In this document: positions 9,691 to 18,990 of the stretch, in pieces
Layout: every line of letters starts with the position of its first letter
Numbering within the stretch: position 1 is the first letter of the stretch
Origin: a virus
Virus record (IMG/VR): IMGVR_UViG_3300037340_000026
Coordinates: 6,220 to 70,219 of that record
Strand: one strand, 5' to 3'
DNA: 64,000 nucleotides
The notes under the pieces: model-generated
Databases searched by the model: none
Told to the model about the DNA's origin: nothing
The model's input: the letters and a program-made list of their open reading frames with translations, nothing else
Program-made: the position numbers and the translations under genes

Positions 9691-9909
9691 ATGGCCGCCG
9701 GAACCGCAGTTCTTGTTGCAGACGCGATCGACCTACTCGTAGCCGCGACGCAGGCCGCTGCTACCTTGGCCCCGATGATCCAGGCCGCGCAGGCTAGCGG
9801 CGCTACCACCATCACAGCCGCGCAGTGGGCTACCGTAATCGGTGCTGATGATGCGGCTGAAGCGGGGCTAGTGGCTGCGGTCGCGGCAGCGAAGCTCGCT
9901 GGGCACTGA
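9691..9909 (+). CDS. Ala-rich hypothetical protein
   Basis: GGGAG SD; in operon. Confidence 0.5.
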   Translation: MAAGTAVLVADAIDLLVAATQAAATLAPMIQAAQASGATTITAAQWATVIGADDAAEAGLVAAVAAAKLAGH

Positions 9910-10370
9910 TGTTTCTAACGGCTGTAGCATTACAGGCAGATCCAGAGCCGCGAATATGGATCGTACTCTCGCCGTTGATCTGGGAAGATCCCGTCTTCGG
10001 GCGGCTAACAACACCACAGGGATTCAGAAGCGACTTGGCCTCGGTGCCCCCGATCGTGCGTGATATTCCTTCGCTTGATCCAAACGGAATCTCACGTCCT
10101 TGTGCCCTGATGCACGATTTTTTGTACGCATGGCGCATGATCGGCAAGGACAATGCGGATGAATTTCTGAGGCAATCGCTCCTTGCCGTGGGAGCATCGA
10201 AACTGGTGTCTGACGTCTTTTACATGGGCGTACACCAGTGCGGACAGGCGAGCTGGGACAGCGACAACGGAGCCCTAGAGACGCGTGACTTCGATACCGT
10301 CGAGCACTACCGGCAATGGCAGGCCACGCTCAGCCCAACATTTACGACCACGATACCAGGGGTAATATGA
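9909..10370 (+). CDS. DUF1353-like protein
   Basis: PQGFRSDLASVP...ALMHDFLY...ADEFL pattern. Confidence 0.75.
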   Translation: MFLTAVALQADPEPRIWIVLSPLIWEDPVFGRLTTPQGFRSDLASVPPIVRDIPSLDPNGISRPCALMHDFLYAWRMIGKDNADEFLRQSLLAVGASKLVSDVFYMGVHQCGQASWDSDNGALETRDFDTVEHYRQWQATLSPTFTTTIPGVI

Positions 10371-10777
10371 GTAAACTCATGACGGCTGTTTTTCTCACTC
10401 TGCTCGTTGTCGGTTGCGGCAAGGCTCCCGCACCTGCCACTCCACCAGAGGCCCAACAGATTCCTGATCCGTCACAGATCGCGAAACCGGAAGAAGTGCA
10501 CGCGATCATGTTCTACGTGACAGTCGACCGCGAGGATGGCCACTACACGCACGCCCAAGTGGTTGGCGGGTACAAGGACCATGAAGCATGTCAGCGCGCA
10601 GTGTCAGTGGTGGGCGCGGCGACCGCTGCCGACCTGGCGCCGACGGACATCCCGATTTTCCTTTGCCCTGAGATCAATGTGGACGGCATCAAGCGCGAGC
10701 AGGAAGAAGCGACAAAGCGGCCGGACGACGCGCCGCCGTTAGAGGATCGCCTGCGCACGCCATCAAATAAACTCTGA
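10367..10777 (+). CDS. lipoprotein
   Basis: MSKLMTAVFLTLLVVG-C lipobox; ATG at 10367 overlaps upstream stop. Confidence 0.55.
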   Translation: MSKLMTAVFLTLLVVGCGKAPAPATPPEAQQIPDPSQIAKPEEVHAIMFYVTVDREDGHYTHAQVVGGYKDHEACQRAVSVVGAATAADLAPTDIPIFLCPEINVDGIKREQEEATKRPDDAPPLEDRLRTPSNKL

Positions 10778-10800
10778 CACACGCACACTGAGGATCTATC

Positions 10801-13164
10801 ATGAACCGTCTACTTGTTTTGCTCGGCGCCCTGCTACTCGCCGCGAATGCCTTTGCAGCCTCCCCGAATGGCTCGACCGTTCCAATCACCGATGCCGCGG
10901 GCAATACATGGTCCCTCACCGGAGGCCAGGTCTACGAAAACGGCAAGGTCTCTGCGGTCACGAAGAATGTCACGCTGCTGCTCTACCAGAATGGCCTTAT
11001 CTATCAGCGAGCGAATGCTAACAATGGCTGGTGGGTGTGGAAAGGCGGCGTTTGGGTAGCGACGACTGACCCGACGGGCAGTTCGAGCAGCAGTTCGTCG
11101 GGCTCATCGAGCAGCTCGGGCAGTGGGTCATCGTCCTCCAGCGGCAGCGCGTCATCTTCATCGTCGTCGGGTAGTTCTAGCAGCAGCGGCGCCTCTTCAT
11201 CGAGCGGTGGTTCAAGCAGCAGTTCCAGCGGCGGCTCTATACCAGCGCCAGCAGCGGCTGTCGGATACAACAAAAATACCTTCAGTTCCACGACGTGGAA
11301 TGCCAGCAAGGGGCCGCTCTACTCCTACAACTTCTTCGGCAACACCGAACCCGCTGGTAGCATCGTTCAGAATTCTGACGGCTCGATCACGATGGGCCAG
11401 AGCGTTAGTACCCACTACGGCGTCTCGAGCGCGCTATCTGTCCCGGTAAGTGCAAGCGCCCCTCACGGCTGGATCGGCGAGGCATTCGGCGGGGGCGGTT
11501 ATTTCGAGTCAACGTTCTCGCTCGCTGGAACTCCGAACGGCTCGCAGCCCACAGCCGCAGACTGGCTCAACGATATCGAGAATCAATCGGAAGGATATGG
11601 GACTTTAAACAACTGGATTGAGATCGATAAGCTAGAGGACAACGTCGCCAACATTACGCATTGGGGACAGGCTATCCATGACTGGTACGGCGTGCGAGGT
11701 TCTGGCGCCCAAGTGCAGCCCAACGTTGGCAGCCCGGTCACGGTGCCCAATGGCGGGAACCTGAACCAGTCCCACAGGTACGGATTCTTATGGGTGACCG
11801 CTACCCCAAACAGTAAAGGCTACGCTAAGTTTTTCCTCGATGAGGTGCAGGTCGGCACGACCCTATCCTGGAATCAATACAGCGCCACGCAGCCAAACCC
11901 GCCGACGATCTCTCCGCCTACAGCGGGGAACATCATGGATGCGCGCCACCTGGCGCTGATACTGGGCGGCATCACGCGCACTCCGATGCACCTGACTTCG
12001 GTCAAGGTGTGGCAGGCATCAAGCGCCGAAAACTTGGTATATGGGGGATCGTTCAGCAGTAGCTCATCCTCGAGCAGTGGTGGCTCGTCAAGTTCCTCCG
12101 GTAGCAGCTCATCGAGCGGTTCGTCTTCATCGAGTAGTTCGTCTTCCTCAAGCGGCGGCCCTCCCGCAGCCTTCGGTATCAAGGTCAATGGAAACAAGCT
12201 CGTCAGCACCCTTAACGGCTCGACCGTCATCCTCAACGGCATGAACATGTCGGGGTGCGAGGGACCAGCTTCCCGTTGCACCGTCATCGGTAACGCCGGC
12301 ACGGGCTTCTGGGGCGGTGCGTTCAAGAACGCCCACAAGGGCACGAACGCCGTACGCATACCGCTCAACGCGGTCCTGTGGCAGGCCGCTTCCTATCAGG
12401 CTTCGGTGGCCAAGGCGGTGGCAGACGCGACGGCCTCTGGCCTCTACGTGCTGCTGGATCTGCACTGGAGCGCCCCGCCGGGGCAAGCCGTACTGGGACA
12501 GCCGGGCTTCCCAGACGCGGCCAATGCGATCCCATTTTGGAAGCAGGTTGCTGACGATTTCAAGAGCAATCCGGCAGTTATCTTTGAGCTGTTCAATGAG
12601 CCGTTCGGGGACAATAACTACGGGAATAGTGAGAGCAGTGCCAACGGCGTCTTTAAGGCGGGGGCGGAAGCGCTGTTTTTAGCTTCTGGCGGTGCGTTCA
12701 AGCCATTCTGCCATCAGAACAACAGCGGCGGCAACGCGATGCAATGCACGTCGGATGTTGGCAAGCCATGGTCTAACTCAAACTTTACCTACCAAGTCGC
12801 GGGCGAACTCACGCTGCTCGACACGATCCGAGGCGAGGGCGCGACCAACGTCGTGCTGGCATCCCCTTTCTGGTGGGCCGGCGAGCCCGAGACGTGGTTG
12901 CAGATTTACACTGCGAATGGCAATCCTGACCCGCTCAAGCAATTTGGCATGAGCATGCATGATTATGGGTACAGCCACGGGACTGGTCCCTTGCTCGGCG
13001 TATTAGCCGCTGGTTATCCGATCGTCATCACGGAGTTCAGCCAAGGATCGAACGTGTCAAACCTTGGCGGCGTAGCGTGGACGAACAGTCAGAATGTTGG
13101 CTTGATCGCGTGGGGACCGAATTGTTGGGCAGGTCCGCTAACTATGAACCCTACAGGATGGTAG
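10801..13164 (+). CDS. secreted multidomain glycoside hydrolase: signal peptide + small Trp-rich domain + Ser linker + GH16-like domain + Ser linker + GH5 domain
   Basis: MNRLLVLLGALLLAANAFA signal; WIEIDKLE (GH16 ExDxxE); LDLHW, FELFNEP and PIVITEF (GH5 acid/base and nucleophile); two poly-Ser linkers. Confidence 0.8.
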   Translation: MNRLLVLLGALLLAANAFAASPNGSTVPITDAAGNTWSLTGGQVYENGKVSAVTKNVTLLLYQNGLIYQRANANNGWWVWKGGVWVATTDPTGSSSSSSSGSSSSSGSGSSSSSGSASSSSSSGSSSSSGASSSSGGSSSSSSGGSIPAPAAAVGYNKNTFSSTTWNASKGPLYSYNFFGNTEPAGSIVQNSDGSITMGQSVSTHYGVSSALSVPVSASAPHGWIGEAFGGGGYFESTFSLAGTPNGSQPTAADWLNDIENQSEGYGTLNNWIEIDKLEDNVANITHWGQAIHDWYGVRGSGAQVQPNVGSPVTVPNGGNLNQSHRYGFLWVTATPNSKGYAKFFLDEVQVGTTLSWNQYSATQPNPPTISPPTAGNIMDARHLALILGGITRTPMHLTSVKVWQASSAENLVYGGSFSSSSSSSSGGSSSSSGSSSSSGSSSSSSSSSSSGGPPAAFGIKVNGNKLVSTLNGSTVILNGMNMSGCEGPASRCTVIGNAGTGFWGGAFKNAHKGTNAVRIPLNAVLWQAASYQASVAKAVADATASGLYVLLDLHWSAPPGQAVLGQPGFPDAANAIPFWKQVADDFKSNPAVIFELFNEPFGDNNYGNSESSANGVFKAGAEALFLASGGAFKPFCHQNNSGGNAMQCTSDVGKPWSNSNFTYQVAGELTLLDTIRGEGATNVVLASPFWWAGEPETWLQIYTANGNPDPLKQFGMSMHDYGYSHGTGPLLGVLAAGYPIVITEFSQGSNVSNLGGVAWTNSQNVGLIAWGPNCWAGPLTMNPTGW
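11080..11235 (+). repeat. Ser/Gly linker (second copy ~12053-12155)
   Basis: SSSSSSG runs encoded with mixed AGC/TCN codons. Confidence 0.8.
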
Positions 13165-13500
13165 TTAGAGCGGATGTATGTCGCCTAGGCTATAACAGTT
13201 AAGAGCCGATTTCGGCGGAATGGGTGCCGCTTCAGGCGCAAAACTCTTACCCTTAAGAGCCGCTAGACCATTGGCGAGCCGGGCTTTGTCCTGGCTAACC
13301 TTCTCATCCGCCTGCTCTGCAGCGCGACGCTGTTTTTCCGCCGTCAGCTCTTTAATGACGGTCCCACATTGCTCAAAGCCTGCGGCGAACGTCCCGCGAT
13401 CTGGGTCAGGCATCAAACCGTCAATGCCGAGAACCCCTTGAAAGTGGCCCGAGCACATCACGGCGACGGCTGCCAACGTGTTGAATATCGCATCAGTCAT
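13165..13500 (-). CDS. hypothetical protein, last gene of leftward operon
   Basis: AGGAGAG SD; stop abuts stop of the convergent GH gene. Confidence 0.5.
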   Translation of the reverse strand: MTDAIFNTLAAVAVMCSGHFQGVLGIDGLMPDPDRGTFAAGFEQCGTVIKELTAEKQRRAAEQADEKVSQDKARLANGLAALKGKSFAPEAAPIPPKSALNCYSLGDIHPL

Positions 13501-13522
13501 GTTTCTCTCCTGCGGCTGGTGA

Positions 13523-14158
13523 TCATCTCGGCACGTCCTCGACGCACTCTGGGATGTTCGGCTGCTGCGGACTTGCTTCGGACTGAAAGCATGCCTTTCG
13601 GATGACGCTGGAAAAGCTCTCGCAAGCGTCGCAGGTGCACTGACAGGCCATCGCCCATGTTAGCCGGGCTTGCGATATTCGGTCTAGTGCGTCGGCTGCC
13701 TCAAATGTCGGACGCGCGCAACCTTCGCGACAGTCATAAGGTAAGTATTCAAGTTTGGTATCCACGAAGGGCCAGAGATCGTATGAATAGAGCAGAGCTT
13801 TCAGGCCCTGCGGAAGTTCAGCGCTCTGAAGTCCTATCAGTTGACCAATGGCGAGACGCAGCTCCAACTCTACGCGACATAGCACGTCGTTATTGGCAGT
13901 GAGCCGATCCCGCTCCGCTGTCATCGTATCCAGACTCAGCGCCGTTTCGTGATGCAACGTGTCAAGTCTCTCAATCTCCCCCGCCTGCTCATTGAGCACC
14001 GGGCAGAGATTGACGTACTTGTCCTCGATGCGCGAGAGTTCGGCGGCGGCTTCCTCATACTTGACCCACTCGCCAGATTCACAAGGGAACGTGGCATACC
14101 ATGGGTCATATCCGTCCTCAACATCCATGTCAATGTCGTAACGCTGTAAGGTCGTCAT
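13523..14158 (-). CDS. hypothetical early protein with coiled coil
   Basis: LQRYD...GEWVKYEE N-terminus typical of phage early proteins; coupled stop/start. Confidence 0.55.
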   Translation of the reverse strand: MTTLQRYDIDMDVEDGYDPWYATFPCESGEWVKYEEAAAELSRIEDKYVNLCPVLNEQAGEIERLDTLHHETALSLDTMTAERDRLTANNDVLCRVELELRLAIGQLIGLQSAELPQGLKALLYSYDLWPFVDTKLEYLPYDCREGCARPTFEAADALDRISQARLTWAMACQCTCDACESFSSVIRKACFQSEASPQQPNIPECVEDVPR

Positions 14159-14825
14159 GGGCCTAACTTTCCTATGGCTTCTTTTAGCACCTTTGCGTCG
14201 GCCGCGTTCTTTTCGGCCAGCTTACGGTTAGATTTCTCAAAAAGTTCATCCCACGGGTCCACGTCTTCGATGCCGAAGTAGTGGCCGTTGGTCTGGACAT
14301 AAAGTGCGGCGATAAACATCGTTATTGGGTTACATAGATCTCGGCCGATTCGTCCCATCACACCCCGCCACAACCCCATCGATACTGCTCCGGGTAGCCT
14401 CGCTGCAGGCCCCTGGCGGCAGCTCCTTGGCGATGCGGCAGATCAGCGCCTCCAGCATCTGCACGCGAGCGCGCAGGCCGTAGGCGATCATGTCGCCACT
14501 GATGGGGTCGCATTGGTCAGGCATGTTGGGCTCCTACGTGGTGGGCGGAACAAGGCTCAACAAATCGCCAGTAGCAACATGTCCTCGATCGTAGGCACAT
14601 TGTTTCTCAATTTCGGTCAGAGAGTCCCACCAAGTTTGCACGGCTGCTAGTTCGCGCTCGTAGGTCTTAAGTGTTGCTGCCGAAGGGACGGCGGGATGGT
14701 GCTTCGACATGTTAGATACTCCTGTTGCGGGTTCCAATGAGGGTAAGTCCAGGGGCTGAAAGCCAACCGCAGTCTCTCGCGCCAGTTGGAAGCGTAGAGC
14801 CACGGCGGGTTGTGCGGTTGTTCAT

Positions 14826-15008
14826 TCATAGGGTATTGACCCGCCACACTATGACGGTGAAGTTCTCAATGGCATAGATGCCTTCGAGGCCGTGAGGACG
14901 ATGCTCCGGGTTGTTCAACGCTTCGTTCAATTCATTGGTCGCAAATGCCTTGACATCGCTCATGCGTGTGAGGCGCGGGACCAGTTCAACGGTAAAACGA
15001 TTGCCCAT
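14826..15008 (-). CDS. hypothetical protein
   Basis: AGGAG SD upstream. Confidence 0.45.
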   Translation of the reverse strand: MGNRFTVELVPRLTRMSDVKAFATNELNEALNNPEHRPHGLEGIYAIENFTVIVWRVNTL

Positions 15009-15110
15009 AAATCACTCCTGTTTATCTATCACAAGGATGTCTCGCCAGAAGTAGCGGCGAAAGTAAGGCGAATAGCAGGTACAGCGCGCCTTTTGCGACA
15101 TAGGATTTTC

Positions 15111-15374
15111 TCACTTCTGCTCCGCGCTCACGGTTGAAGCATACGGTTTGATAACAGCTATGGCGTGATCCGCATTCATCTTTCGCCACGGACGCCGCTC
15201 AATAATGGCCGCAGCTTCGCACGGCGATAAGCCACCTCGGCTATTTAGGGTAACGAGAGACTGATCGTGATTTCTCTGCGCCCATTCTTCGTTAAGCGCA
15301 TCCATGCGAACGTACAGCGGACATTTGGCGCCCATGTTACTTGCCAGTATCCGCATGACCTTCTCAGGTTCCAT
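15111..15374 (-). CDS. hypothetical phage protein (MEPEKV...)
   Basis: GGAGGG SD; AQRNHDQSL..LNSRGGLSPCE motif resembles other phage ORFs. Confidence 0.5.
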   Translation of the reverse strand: MEPEKVMRILASNMGAKCPLYVRMDALNEEWAQRNHDQSLVTLNSRGGLSPCEAAAIIERRPWRKMNADHAIAVIKPYASTVSAEQK

Positions 15375-15753
15375 CGCGATTCCCTCCTGCGCTGTGCGGT
15401 GAGCATGGCTTGTCGGTAGCGTATTCCATGGCTTCTCTCTCACGGTTCCACGGTTACCTGATAGATAGCACACGCCATCGATGCAGTCGCACACACCGGC
15501 GCGTAATTTGTTGCAGTAGTAGTCCGGATACCGGCTACTTAACTCACGGCAGCGCGTCATAAAGTCAGCAAGCGATCCACGTTCTCGCGGCGGCTGCCCA
15601 GCCCCGAATAGAGCGAATGAGTATGCGGCCGATTTCAAGGTGCGAACCCCTGGCCTAGCCGTGAGATTTCACGACACGTACTCCATACGGAGCCAGTTCG
15701 GTCCAGGGGTGCGGCTTTGCTCATATTGATTTCGACCGTCTGCTCTGGTCTGT

Positions 15754-16149
15754 TCATAGCCGCGTGTATCCGTCCTCGAAAGCCTTGCCTGGTGAGTACG
15801 ATTGATAGCCATCGGCATACACTACGTAGTAGCCGCCAGTTTCTGGCTTGTGCTTTCGCATGTACGTGCCACCTACGCGGATTGGCGCATAAACCTTGTT
15901 CACCGGGACCAGGAAGCAACTACCGTCGCTCTCATCATTCTTTGGCGTCCGATCCTCAACGGCCTCGATCTTCAGTGCCCACACTTCCTTGTGGCACTTG
16001 TAACGCGGCATCTGCGCCGCAGGTTGCTGTTCATCCATCTCCATCTCCTTTATCTGCGATTCTGTAAACGAGCAGTAGTAGCTACCGTAATGCGTACCGC
16101 CGCACTTTGAGCAATTGCCGCGCGCATCAACATCACGATCAGAGTTCAT
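15754..16149 (-). CDS. conserved phage protein with GYYVVYADGYQSYSP motif (candidate anti-defence)
   Basis: YKCHKEVWALKI...GGYYVVYADGYQSYSPGKAFEDGY. Confidence 0.6.
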   Translation of the reverse strand: MNSDRDVDARGNCSKCGGTHYGSYYCSFTESQIKEMEMDEQQPAAQMPRYKCHKEVWALKIEAVEDRTPKNDESDGSCFLVPVNKVYAPIRVGGTYMRKHKPETGGYYVVYADGYQSYSPGKAFEDGYTRL

Positions 16150-16164
16150 GCTACGAACCTTAGG

Positions 16165-16626
16165 TCAGAGAGAGAGTCGTAATTGCCACAGCACGCGATC
16201 AACGCCGCCATTGCCAAGCGGATCTCGGATGGCCTTGAGTTTCAGACTCGATTGCGCCCAGTTGCCACGCGCCGGCAGATCCTTAACGCGCTCAAATCCC
16301 GCCGCACGCACGCTGGCGCCGGATTCGTCCGCTTGGGTATAGGTCACACAACGCCTGTAGCCCATCGCCTTGGCAGCGCGTCCACAGGCGCCGTAGAGCA
16401 TCGAGTTGGCATTGCGCGTCCCATCTGTACAGGTTCGGTTTATCTCAAGCGTTAGGCCGTCATCGAAATGACGCGCCACAGGGCGCCCGGCCATGGCTAC
16501 GCCGACCATCTTCTCACCATCCCAAAGCGCCACGCTGAACTTGTGCCCGCGCGGCGGCTTGTTATGTCGATGCAGTTGCGACACGAATGCGCAAGCTTGG
16601 CGAAAGGTCACGGGCCGGATATTCAT
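16165..16626 (-). CDS. XF1762-like (GNAT-fold) protein
   Basis: HRHNKPPRGHKFS...GRPVAR...LEINRTCTDGTRNANSMLY...TYT..DESGAS. Confidence 0.75.
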   Translation of the reverse strand: MNIRPVTFRQACAFVSQLHRHNKPPRGHKFSVALWDGEKMVGVAMAGRPVARHFDDGLTLEINRTCTDGTRNANSMLYGACGRAAKAMGYRRCVTYTQADESGASVRAAGFERVKDLPARGNWAQSSLKLKAIRDPLGNGGVDRVLWQLRLSL

Positions 16627-16811
16627 GCTATGGGTATGTGGCCTGTCCGAAGCTATTCCCTGCCATCGGAAAAGTAATCACCGCGCATCGGGCTTTGCCA
16701 CCTCTCCTCCCCGCACCAGCGCAAGCACTTGCAGAAGCACCAGCCGGCGCCGAGTGAGCAGGAGATGGCGATCAGGGAGAGGAGGAAGGCGGTGAAGTAC
16801 ATGGGGATGCC

Positions 16812-17045
16812 TCAGCGCGTTATGTGCTTGACGGCCCACATGACAGCTTCTTCCATCTTCGTCTTTGCCAGCGATAACTCGCGGCTGCTGCCGATGTGAT
16901 CGAGGTACTCGACGAAGGCGAGTCCTTGATCCTTGATCTCCTTCATGCGGTGCTTTTCCTGCTCGTCGAGCACGCGATACTCATGGCGCATGACGTTGTT
17001 CACGGTGCGCGCATCGCTGGCGCTGTTCACTGTTTCGGCGGACAT
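16812..17045 (-). CDS. Acb2/Tad1-like helical-hairpin protein (candidate nucleotide-signal sponge)
   Basis: YRVLDEQEKHRMKEIK resembles the Acb2 N-terminus; SRELSLAKTKMEEAVMWA resembles the Tad1 C-terminal helix; GGAGA SD. Confidence 0.6.
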   Translation of the reverse strand: MSAETVNSASDARTVNNVMRHEYRVLDEQEKHRMKEIKDQGLAFVEYLDHIGSSRELSLAKTKMEEAVMWAVKHITR

Positions 17046-17256
17046 GGTTCTCTCCGTTTCGGTAAATCATGGTCTGCGAGTTTGCAGAGCCATTCCAATT
17101 GCTTGAGGCTCAGATAGGTATCGAGCCCGGTATCCTTGGCCTTGATGACCATTTCGGCCGCGAACTGCTGGGACGACTCTCCGCGTGCCTGCGACTGAGC
17201 ATCGCCGCACAACTGTCGGAAGTCGTATTCGTCTGCGTACCAGTCTCGCGCTGTGC

Positions 17257-17703
17257 TCACTTCCCCTCCTCCCACATCCGATCATTCAGCCTATCCCGCC
17301 GCTCGAAGGACTCGAAGGGGGCGTCGTCTCTAAGAGGCGAACCTTCCAGCCCATGTCGCTTCAAGTAATCTAACGCCTGCGCAGCCTGTTGCGGTGGTGC
17401 GAATCTCGACAGTCGACGCACCAGCATCGCCAGATCCGTAATCTTTACTTCAGCCGCAGCGGCGCGTTCAGAAGCATAATTACACTGCTTCGCCCATAGG
17501 TCTCGTTGCTCGATTGCTTCATTCAATGTAGGCAGCTTCTGAGCAACACGGTCCAGTTTTCGCCTCGTGCGCTCGATTTGCTTCTCATGCGCGCGGTCCT
17601 GTTCGCGGAAGTAGTGTTCACCTTTCATTGCCTTCCTGCACCTCAGATTCAGCCATGTTTTGTTCTGGGCCGGCGGCCTCATAGAGATCGCCGTTGTCGT
17701 CAC
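17257..17703 (-). CDS. hypothetical coiled-coil protein
   Basis: DLAMLVRRL...QALDYLKRHGLEGSPLR motif resembles other phage early ORFs. Confidence 0.5.
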   Translation of the reverse strand: MTTTAISMRPPAQNKTWLNLRCRKAMKGEHYFREQDRAHEKQIERTRRKLDRVAQKLPTLNEAIEQRDLWAKQCNYASERAAAAEVKITDLAMLVRRLSRFAPPQQAAQALDYLKRHGLEGSPLRDDAPFESFERRDRLNDRMWEEGK

Positions 17704-18615
17704 TCATCGAGATATCGTCCTCAGTAATATACACAGTCATGAGCAGCTTTCTGTCAGGGCTCCAGAACGAGCGCACGCGGAAGGGTAATGTCACTTCAAA
17801 CTCCCATCTTCCATGCTGTGACGCAAGCGATCGATATCAGCCAATTCGTCGACAAAGCGCCGGATGGCTGCGGGCGGCACGCGACCGGCAAACTCTGGGT
17901 CATCCTCCATTGGCTCGATAGATCGATGTAATGCCGCCATGGCATCAATGGCTCGATCAAGTAGCTGTTTAGCGCTCACTTTTGACAGCTTGCATTGGCA
18001 ACTATCGAAGGTTGCATGGCTTGCTCAATCAATTGCTGGAAGCGTTGTAGCGTAGCCCATTTCCCTTTTGGGAAAAGTTCTGGCGAATCCTCGGCGTATG
18101 TCAGCCGAAACCAAATGCCGCAGCAGGTATCAAAGTCGATCCACGATTCGCCCACATCAAAACCGCTCTCAAAAAGAGCATCCGTAATAGCTTTCCTGGT
18201 TTCAGAGGACAGAGCATTGATATGGACCGCATCGGTTTCTGGCAATTTCACTTCAACCTCCCATCTTCCATCCTCTCCCGGTATTCATCGGCATCCGGAC
18301 CATCCTCCCAATCCTCAGGCTGCTCATGCGTTTCGTCGCCGCACTTGCGACAGCGCCAGAACGAGCAATCCGCAGTGCCGTTGACGACGTTTGGATCGCC
18401 GTACCAGTCGCGCACGAAGTTCCAGCGGTGATCGCAGGCGTCGGTGGCTGGTTCATCGCTCTCAAGCTCGCCCGGCCCGGCGCATCTTGCCGGATCGTCC
18501 ATCAGCTCCAGATAGAGCGAGGCGACCTCAGTATCTTTGGTAATCATCGGCTTCAGCCTCTTCACGGCGTTGCGTCTGAGATTCGCGTTCATCGTCGCGC
18601 GCCGCATTGTCGCAA

Positions 18616-18786
18616 TCAGTGTTTTGCCCGCAGTAAGCCTTTCTGAGTAGAAGGCCAGTACAGGCAATTACGAGCTGCGCGTAGCTTGATGATTGCTCCA
18701 TCCGTGTCGGTGGCATATCCAAAAAACACGCCCCGATGAGAAGTCGTCACAAGAACAGCTCGCTCACCTCTAACTTTCATTGCCAT
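18616..18786 (-). pseudogene. truncated duplicate of the DUF6948-like gene at 25780-26076
   Basis: GERAVLVTTSHRGVFFGYATD...LRAARNCLYWP.TQKG nearly identical to the full copy, then stop six codons later. Confidence 0.6.
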
Positions 18787-18990
18787 ATCAATCTCCTTTT
18801 TTCGTGTCACAACGCATCCCTCGCCCGATCCATCGCATCGTTCCAGCACGCCTCTGCCTTGTACCGCTCAATGTCCTTGCTGAATATCACGTCCTCCAGC
18901 AGAGCGATCTGGTCGAGCAAGTCTCTGAGCGCCTTGCGGACTTTGGTTTGTTCGTCCCAGGCACGGACTAGGCGGGGGTCTTCGTTCATC

